A stretch of 60,600 nucleotides of DNA, filler included. It is 5 parts of 5 records of this genome, joined end to end, with 100 filler letters (N's around TTAATTAATTAA, not from the genome) between each part and the next. Parts side by side here need not be neighbours in the genome. Positions count along the whole stretch, not along the records: positions 38,480 to 53,035 come from SRR22947725_2514; positions 53,136 to 60,600 come from SRR22947725_2515; 3 more parts are not named here. The stretch is one strand, 5' to 3'. Under the pieces are notes generated by a model. The model searched no databases, was not told where the DNA came from, and saw only the letters and a program-made list of their open reading frames with translations. The position numbers and the translations under genes were made by a program. Each line of letters opens with the position of its first letter. Position 1 is the stretch's first letter. Below, in pieces: positions 52,660 through 60,600 of the stretch.

Positions 52660-53012
52660 TGATCTCGATTAACAATCAATGATTTATTTAAGTCTCTAAT
52701 GTCACTTTCTTTGGGAGTTTTTTGGATATTATAGATTGGAAGTATTGCCCGTAAATGATCATGATAGGTTCGAACACCATACTCTAAATCTGATAAATAA
52801 AAACCGTCAAACGCATCTGATACCATAGACTCATTTGACCAAATTGTCAGCTGTTTATCCTCAACAACCGTCTCACGATCAATCCGGCTAGCTAAATATC
52901 TAGCAACTTTTTGTTGCCGGTCTTCATTGGGATATTTATAAGTAGCGCTTCTTATAATTGATTTATCGGTAGAAATTGGGAACTCTTGATAGAATAATGA
53001 TGTTTCTGGCAT
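52656..53012 (-). CDS. Rieske oxygenase alpha subunit, C-terminal fragment (5' part lost at the contig junction)
   Basis: FYQEFP...RYLA.RIDRET..ED..L and LSDLEYGVR.YHD resemble the end of the catalytic domain; the frame closes inside the terminal repeat. Confidence 0.7.
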   Translation of the reverse strand: MPETSLFYQEFPISTDKSIIRSATYKYPNEDRQQKVARYLASRIDRETVVEDKQLTIWSNESMVSDAFDGFYLSDLEYGVRTYHDHLRAILPIYNIQKTPKESDIRDLNKSLIVNRDQ

Positions 53013-53035
53013 TGGTCACTTTCAGACGAAGGTAC
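53006..53035 (+). repeat. 30-bp terminal direct repeat, right copy
   Basis: Identical to 38480-38509. Confidence 0.97.
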
Positions 53036-53135
53036 NNNNNNNNNNNNNNNNNNNNNNNNNNNNNNNNNNNNNNNNNNNNTTAATTAATTAANNNNNNNNN
53101 NNNNNNNNNNNNNNNNNNNNNNNNNNNNNNNNNNN
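53036..53135. other. Artificial contig spacer
   Basis: N44-TTAATTAATTAA-N44. Confidence 0.99.
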
Positions 53136-55078
<1,943 letters not shown>

Positions 55079-55084
55079 TCAAAA

Positions 55085-55897
55085 ATGAGATTTGCATCTT
55101 CAGAAAATGTTGATGTTAAAAAAAATATAATTATTTTTCTTATTATATCTTTAATTTTATTCTTTGTAGATCGAAGTAATAATCAATATCTAAAAGCTGC
55201 AAGATCTTCTATAAATGATGGTATAATATATTCTACAGTAGTTTTAAAATCCCCATTTATTTTTTTATCTAATTTAGTGGATACTACAACTAAATTTTTT
55301 GAAGAAGAAAAAGTTATTAATAAAAATAAAATTTTGGATTTAGAAAATCAAATTGAAAAATTAAAAAATGAAAAAACTTCACTTATTCTTCAGTTAGAAA
55401 ATCTAAGAAAAATTACGGGTGAAGAAAACTATCCATTTGAAACTGTTCAGGTGAAGGTCTTAATGTATAAAAGTAATATTTTGCATCAATCAATAATTAT
55501 TAATAAAGGAACAAATGACGGCATTAAAATTGGAAATCCACTTATTAAGAATAATATTTTAGTTGGCAAAGTTTACAAAACTAATTTCAATTCTTCTCAT
55601 GCTTTTTTAATAACAAATAACAATAGTAGAGTGCCAGTTAGAATCGGTAGGAATAATTATAAAGCTATTGTTGTAGGAGACTCCAATACTAATAACAAAT
55701 TAAACTTAGAATTTTTACCAAAAGAATATTCGTTTAATAATGGCGACTATGTGTATACAACAAGCTTAGATAATATTATGCCAGATGGAATCATGGTTGG
55801 TAAAATATCATTAGATGAAAAGAAAAATTTTTTCTTAGAACCGCTCTATGACTTTAGTCAATTAGATTATCTAACAGTCGTTAAAAATAGTAAGTAA
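55085..55897 (+). CDS. mreC: Rod shape-determining protein MreC
   Basis: TM segment, coiled coil, INKG...GI and P.GI.VG; follows mreB. Confidence 0.9.
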   Translation: MRFASSENVDVKKNIIIFLIISLILFFVDRSNNQYLKAARSSINDGIIYSTVVLKSPFIFLSNLVDTTTKFFEEEKVINKNKILDLENQIEKLKNEKTSLILQLENLRKITGEENYPFETVQVKVLMYKSNILHQSIIINKGTNDGIKIGNPLIKNNILVGKVYKTNFNSSHAFLITNNNSRVPVRIGRNNYKAIVVGDSNTNNKLNLEFLPKEYSFNNGDYVYTTSLDNIMPDGIMVGKISLDEKKNFFLEPLYDFSQLDYLTVVKNSK

Positions 55898-55899
55898 AG

Positions 55900-56394
55900 A
55901 TGTTTAATTTTATAAAAAACTATATTGCTTCTTTGGTATTGTTAATAACGGTTCTGTTAGGATCAATCAATATTGAAGTACTTGATAAACCTGTTTCATA
56001 TTATTTTAATCTTCAATTAATTTTGATTTATATATTCAAGATTTCTAATCCAAATTTAAATTTTGGAAAAGGTATCTTTTTGTTTTTAATTAGCATTGTT
56101 AATGACTCATTAAATGGATTATTTTTTGGAACTACTGCAATTTTATATTTTATTGTATTTGCAGTGGCTGCCTTTCAATCTTCTATAAAATTAAGAAGTA
56201 TCTTTATTGCTGAATGGATATCTTTTGGTGTTGCATTAATCATTGCTTATGTAATATTTTTTGGTTTAATAAATTTATCAGGAGAAAATGTATTAATAAT
56301 AAATATTGGATTAAATTTTTTAATAACTTTAATTTGCTATCCATTAATTTGGTTTATTATTTCAATTTTATTTATGCAAAATGCTAACAGATAA
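55900..56394 (+). CDS. mreD: Rod shape-determining protein MreD (divergent)
   Basis: Highly hydrophobic 164 aa, with ND.L.G..FG; follows mreC. Confidence 0.75.
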   Translation: MFNFIKNYIASLVLLITVLLGSINIEVLDKPVSYYFNLQLILIYIFKISNPNLNFGKGIFLFLISIVNDSLNGLFFGTTAILYFIVFAVAAFQSSIKLRSIFIAEWISFGVALIIAYVIFFGLINLSGENVLIINIGLNFLITLICYPLIWFIISILFMQNANR

Positions 56395-56842
56395 AGAAAA
56401 AGACCTCCTTCAAAAAAGTATTTTAGGTACTTCTGGTACTAATCAAAAAATAAAAACAATGCTTATAAAAAAGCTTAGCCTTGATTTTGATAAAAGAGAA
56501 GTAATTAAAAAAAAATTAAAAAAGCAAATAAAAAGCAAAAAATGCAATAAAGATATTTTTTATATTTACAATTTATCAAGTGACATATGGTATTTGGCAG
56601 GTGATCAATCTACGGACTATAATTTTTATACAAAGAGAATTATTCTCGCTACAATATTATCAAAGCTATATTTAAAAATTTTAAATTCAAAAAATTATAA
56701 TAAGGATAAATTAATAGTTGATATTGAGAATGAACTTATAAAAGTTGGCAAATTTAATAAATTTAAATCTCAGTTATCTACAATTTTTAACAATATAAGA
56801 AACCAAAATAAAAATAAAAAAAACTTTGAAAGAGGTTACTAA
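56381..56842 (+). CDS. COQ9-like protein (short, C-terminal domain)
   Basis: DIWYLAGDQSTDYNFYTKRIILA matches the COQ9 signature. Confidence 0.8.
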   Translation: MLTDKEKDLLQKSILGTSGTNQKIKTMLIKKLSLDFDKREVIKKKLKKQIKSKKCNKDIFYIYNLSSDIWYLAGDQSTDYNFYTKRIILATILSKLYLKILNSKNYNKDKLIVDIENELIKVGKFNKFKSQLSTIFNNIRNQNKNKKNFERGY

Positions 56843-57882
56843 TTTTTCAAAGTAGTTAGGTGACCCATTTTCCTATTTGATTTAGCCTCTTTTTTTAAAT
56901 AATCAAAAAAAAACTCGTTATCATTAAATTTTTTATTACGATAATTCAATATTTCATCACCGATAATATTTTTCATAATAGCCTTTGATTGCATAATAGG
57001 TTTAACTTTTTCTAAATTACATACGGCTCTTATATGAGACTCAAATTGACTTATATTATAGGCATTGATTGTTAAATGGCCTGAGTTATGTACGCGTGGT
57101 GCAATTTCATTTACAAATAAATTATCTTGATCATCAATAAAATACTCTACACACATAGTTCCAATATAATTTAATTCATTAGCTAATTTTTCACTCAATT
57201 TTTTACTTTGATTAATAATATTATTATTCAGGTCCGCAGGGATTATTGATGTATCTAAAATTTGATTTTTATGAATATTTTCTATTGGCTCATATATTAT
57301 GCACTCTTTATCCTGAAATCTTGTAATAATTACTGATATTTCTTTTTTTAAGTTAATTTTTTTTTCTAAAATAAATTTATTATTGAACTCAATATTTTGA
57401 AAATCTTCTTTTTTTGAAATAACATATTGACCTTTTCCGTCATATCCTAAGGTGGTAGTCTTTAGTATGCCGGGGATTAATTTATCAATATCTTTCAAAT
57501 CTGTTTTTGAAGATATATTTTGATATTCTACCGTTTTGATTCCTAGATTATTTATAAACTTTTTTTCACGACTTCTATTTTGGATTATAAAATTCACATT
57601 TGGGTCAGGAAAAACTGGTTTGGTTATTTTAATCTTTTCTAAAGTCGATACAGGTATATTTTCAAATTCAAACGTAACAACATCTACTTTCTCAGCAAAT
57701 TCGCATATTTTGTTTTCATCGTCATAGGATCCACATAAAAATTTATCAGCGTAATTTTGAGCTGGAGAATCAGGATCATCACTATAAACAATTGATTGAA
57801 TATTAATTTTTTTTGCAGCTTGACAAAGCATGCTACCTAATTGACCACCACCAATAATACCCAAGACTTTAATTTTAGTCAT
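56839..57882 (-). CDS. purK: N5-CAIR synthetase
   Basis: GIIGGGQLG.M, TFEFEN, GYDGKGQ, NEIAPRVHNSGH and RKMGH motifs. Confidence 0.97.
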   Translation of the reverse strand: MTKIKVLGIIGGGQLGSMLCQAAKKINIQSIVYSDDPDSPAQNYADKFLCGSYDDENKICEFAEKVDVVTFEFENIPVSTLEKIKITKPVFPDPNVNFIIQNRSREKKFINNLGIKTVEYQNISSKTDLKDIDKLIPGILKTTTLGYDGKGQYVISKKEDFQNIEFNNKFILEKKINLKKEISVIITRFQDKECIIYEPIENIHKNQILDTSIIPADLNNNIINQSKKLSEKLANELNYIGTMCVEYFIDDQDNLFVNEIAPRVHNSGHLTINAYNISQFESHIRAVCNLEKVKPIMQSKAIMKNIIGDEILNYRNKKFNDNEFFFDYLKKEAKSNRKMGHLTTLKN

Positions 57883-57884
57883 TA

Positions 57885-58382
57885 TTAGGGTTTTAATTTA
57901 ACTGATTTTGTTTGTCGATTTCTATATTGTTTTAATTTGTTATGAATTTTTTCATCATTAATTCCAAGTATTGAGGCCGATAATAAAGCTGCATTTATTG
58001 CTCCACTTTCACCAATTGCAACCGTTCCAACTGGGATACCTTTTGGCATTTGCACTATCGACAATAAGCTATCAAGACCTTTGAGTTTTTTACTTTCAAT
58101 TGGAACTCCTATAACTGGAATTTCTGTAAGAGATGCAATCATTCCAGGTAAGTGAGCAGATCCTCCTGCCCCAGCAATTATTACTCCAATATTATTTTTT
58201 TTTGCATTTAGTGAATAATCAAATAATCTTTTTGGTGTACGATGAGCTGAAACTATTTTTGTTTCAAATTTAATATTTAAAGATTTTAAAATATTCCCGG
58301 CATATTTCATTGTTGGCCAATCTGATTTGCTACCCATTACAATAGAAACGATGTGAGAATTTTTTTTATTTCTCTTAACCAT
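57885..58382 (-). CDS. purE: N5-CAIR mutase
   Basis: [24 protein letters not shown] and SIVQMP.GIPV motifs. Confidence 0.98.
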   Translation of the reverse strand: MVKRNKKNSHIVSIVMGSKSDWPTMKYAGNILKSLNIKFETKIVSAHRTPKRLFDYSLNAKKNNIGVIIAGAGGSAHLPGMIASLTEIPVIGVPIESKKLKGLDSLLSIVQMPKGIPVGTVAIGESGAINAALLSASILGINDEKIHNKLKQYRNRQTKSVKLKP

Positions 58383-58394
58383 TTGATCTTTTAA

Positions 58395-58994
58395 TTAGTT
58401 TTGTGCTTCAGTCGCTGCTTTAGCTTTTGCTATTTTTTTTGCTTCTCGTTCTTTTTTTTTTATTTCATTTTCCTGTTTTCTTTTTGCTTTATCTATTGCT
58501 TCTTGCAGGTCTGTCTGTGAGCAAAGATTTGCCATCACAGGATCTTTTGGTGAAATATTTGACATATTCCAGTGTTTTCTATTTCTTATTGCATCAACAG
58601 TACCTTTTGTTGATCCAACCAGCTTACAGATTTGAGCATCAGTTAATATCGGATAATTTTTTGTTAACCATGAAATAGCACTAGGTTTATCTTCTCTTTG
58701 TGAGATAGGGGTATATTTTGTGCCAACCATTTTCTTTACTTCAAATTCAACGTTTTTTTCTACGAGTTTCAAGGGTCTGCTTGGGTCTTTTGAAGATGCC
58801 TCTATTTCTTCTCTAGTCAGTTGGTTAGATAAGATAGGATTATAAGCCTTTATGCCTACTGCAACATCACCGTCTGCTATACCCTTAATTTCTAATTCGT
58901 GTAGACCACAAAAGTCAGCAATTTGTTTAAATGTTAAACTTGTATTTTCAATTAACCAAACAGCAGTCGCTTTTGGCATTAAAGGTAGATTCAT
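58395..58994 (-). CDS. trcR: DUF1013 family cell-cycle transcriptional regulator TrcR
   Basis: PLMPKATAVWLIENTSLTF.QIADFCGLH.LEI.GIADG and RKHWN...I.PKDPV motifs. Confidence 0.9.
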   Translation of the reverse strand: MNLPLMPKATAVWLIENTSLTFKQIADFCGLHELEIKGIADGDVAVGIKAYNPILSNQLTREEIEASSKDPSRPLKLVEKNVEFEVKKMVGTKYTPISQREDKPSAISWLTKNYPILTDAQICKLVGSTKGTVDAIRNRKHWNMSNISPKDPVMANLCSQTDLQEAIDKAKRKQENEIKKKEREAKKIAKAKAATEAQN

Positions 58995-58995
58995 A

Positions 58996-59217
58996 TTAAT
59001 TCTTTTTTAAATTAGCAAAGCGCTTATTGAATTTACTTACTCTTCCTTTGTCTTGAGCTTTTTGACTTTCTCCAGTCCAAGCCGGATGAGATTTTGGATC
59101 AATCTCAAGCTTCATAATCTCGCCATCTGAACCCCAAGTTGACAGAGTTTCAAACTCAGAACCATCTGTCATTTGGACTTTGATCTTGTTAAGCTTAGGA
59201 TGTATTTTTTTTTTCAT
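58996..59217 (-). CDS. rpmE: 50S ribosomal protein L31
   Basis: [21 protein letters not shown] and [10 protein letters not shown] motifs. Confidence 0.97.
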   Translation of the reverse strand: MKKKIHPKLNKIKVQMTDGSEFETLSTWGSDGEIMKLEIDPKSHPAWTGESQKAQDKGRVSKFNKRFANLKKN

Positions 59218-59265
59218 TATTAAAGGCTGGTTTATAGCAAATAAGGTAAGATACTCAATGATGAT

Positions 59266-60429
59266 TTAAGCTCGATTTTTGATATTTTTAAATAAAAAAC
59301 CATAACTAATTGCCACAATGACCAAAAAAACTGCATCAAAATAAAAAGGGATATTTTTACCAAAATTTAAGAATATATAGCCCGCAAGTGGTTGTCCAAT
59401 AAATCTAGCCGCCGCCTGGCATGAATACCCAGTCCCGAGAACTAAACCTTTATTGCTTTCTGATTTTTTTGATAAAATACTGTTGATGCATGGGTTTGAT
59501 ATACCGATTCCATAACTTAGAAAAATTATTGCCAATGGTATTAAATAAATATTTTCACTTGGAATTAAAGCAAAGCCAAAAATAAGACTGATAAATCCGC
59601 TTGCTATAAGTTTGATTTCGCTAAATTTTTTAATTAAAATTCTTAATAAGCCACCCTGTACAACGATTTGACAAAATCCAGCAAGAAGCATTACATACCC
59701 AACTTCTCTTGGCCCCCATACAAAGGTTTCTTTTGTCCAAACTGCAATCGTTCCTTCCATCCCTGAAAAAACAAGGTAAATAAAAAAAATAAGTAAAAAG
59801 TAAGGAAAAAGAATTGGATTTTTTAAAATTGAAATTTGCTTAGCTAAATCTTTATTGGAACTTTTGATTTTAGGTTCATTTTTAACTGTTTCTTTGATTG
59901 AGGTAATTACAAAAATTAAATTAAAAAGATTAATTGCTGATGCCAACCATGCTACGTAGCTTAAACTTTCTAGTGTATAATCTGATCCAGCAATTAAACC
60001 TCCCGTTAGAGGACCAAATGTAAAACCAAGTCCAAATGCCACTCCAAACATACCCATTCCTTTTGCCCGGTTTTTTTCGTTTGTTATATCAGCGATATAA
60101 GCTGTACCTACAGATATATTAGTTTTAAACAATCCAGCGATTACTCTTGCTAAAAAAATAATTGGCAAATTAGTTGCAATTGCTAATAAAATATTTGCTA
60201 TTAATTCTGCAACACAATTTAGGATTAAGAGTGGTTTTCTTCCTATTTTATCCGAGAGGCTACCCCAAAAAGGAGATACAAAAAATTGGAAAAAAGAAAA
60301 AGATCCAAAAGCAATTGTAATTAATAAAACAGACCCTCCAAAATTATCTATTACAAAAGGTAAAGTTGCTACCAATACACCACTGAACGCCACTACATCT
60401 AAAAAAAGAAAAATTATAAACTTGATCAT
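59266..60429 (-). CDS. MFS transporter (TetA/DHA1-like)
   Basis: About 12 TM segments; G.LSDKIGRKP, AYIADIT..RAKGMG.FG.AFGLGF.FGP motifs. Confidence 0.88.
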   Translation of the reverse strand: MIKFIIFLFLDVVAFSGVLVATLPFVIDNFGGSVLLITIAFGSFSFFQFFVSPFWGSLSDKIGRKPLLILNCVAELIANILLAIATNLPIIFLARVIAGLFKTNISVGTAYIADITNEKNRAKGMGMFGVAFGLGFTFGPLTGGLIAGSDYTLESLSYVAWLASAINLFNLIFVITSIKETVKNEPKIKSSNKDLAKQISILKNPILFPYFLLIFFIYLVFSGMEGTIAVWTKETFVWGPREVGYVMLLAGFCQIVVQGGLLRILIKKFSEIKLIASGFISLIFGFALIPSENIYLIPLAIIFLSYGIGISNPCINSILSKKSESNKGLVLGTGYSCQAAARFIGQPLAGYIFLNFGKNIPFYFDAVFLVIVAISYGFLFKNIKNRA

Positions 60430-60600
60430 TAATTTTTAAAAAGGATATTTAAAACCTCATCATGAATTAGGGAATTGGAAATAAAAATATCCTTTTGATT
60501 ATCAAAGTCTTTTCCTTTAAAATCTGTAATGGTCCCACCTGCTTCTAATAATATAATTTTTCCTGCAGCATAATCCCAGTAATTTAAATGATCATACCAG
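60429..60600 (-). CDS. suhB: Inositol monophosphatase family protein (3' fragment)
   Basis: Manual translation WYDHLNYWDYAAGKIILLEAGGTITDFKG...IHDEVLNILFKN* contains the WD.AAG..I..EAGG motif; its stop overlaps the MFS start. Confidence 0.85.
   Translation of the reverse strand, partial: WYDHLNYWDYAAGKIILLEAGGTITDFKGKDFDNQKDIFISNSLIHDEVLNILFKN

Noticed and set aside
38480-53035. Plasmid, prophage or transposon interpretation of the terminally repeated contig
   Set aside because: No replication, integration, transposition or virion genes, and the repeat lies inside coding sequence.
58996-59217. Cysteine-free (zinc-independent) L31
   Set aside because: This is the normal form in Alphaproteobacteria.

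Overview
This window is not one continuous locus. It is five contigs of low-GC marine Alphaproteobacteria joined by four artificial 100-bp spacers (N44-TTAATTAATTAA-N44) at 11768-11867, 30332-30431, 38380-38479 and 53036-53135. Contig 1 (1-11767) is Pelagibacterales-like housekeeping DNA: ileS, lspA, pgi, rsmD, purD, lipid A genes, msbA and ubiA. Contig 2 (11868-30331) opens with a tRNA 3' half and an att-like site, then a Tat-signal DMF-amidase-like ORF fused in frame to a ProV tail, followed by ugd, galU, pgm, glcB, ccrM, rnhB, moaB, slt, a degenerate UDG, TPR-ispE-tRNA-Gln, ribA and yggS. Contig 3 (30432-38379) is a SAR11-like C1/methylamine/sulfur cluster: metF, a Rieske oxygenase, a kinase plus nucleotidyltransferase pair, YeeE/YedE, a folate-biopterin transporter and a DMG-dehydrogenase fragment. 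Contig 4 (38480-53035) is visibly less AT-rich and Rhodobacteraceae-like. It has identical 30-bp ends (a circularised or chimeric assembly) and carries an ABC transporter-acs operon plus an uncharacterised amine-catabolism cluster (TMADH/histamine-dehydrogenase-family enzyme, ALDH, MATE, cupin, flavin amine oxidase, a small protein and a Rieske fragment). Contig 5 (53136-60600) holds leuA, mreBCD, a COQ9-like gene, purKE, trcR, rpmE, an MFS transporter and suhB. The best leads are the amine cluster, the minimal kinase/nucleotidyltransferase pair, the att-linked secreted amidase and tandem DnaA boxes upstream of ccrM. Product and lineage calls come from motifs recognised by eye; no searches were run.
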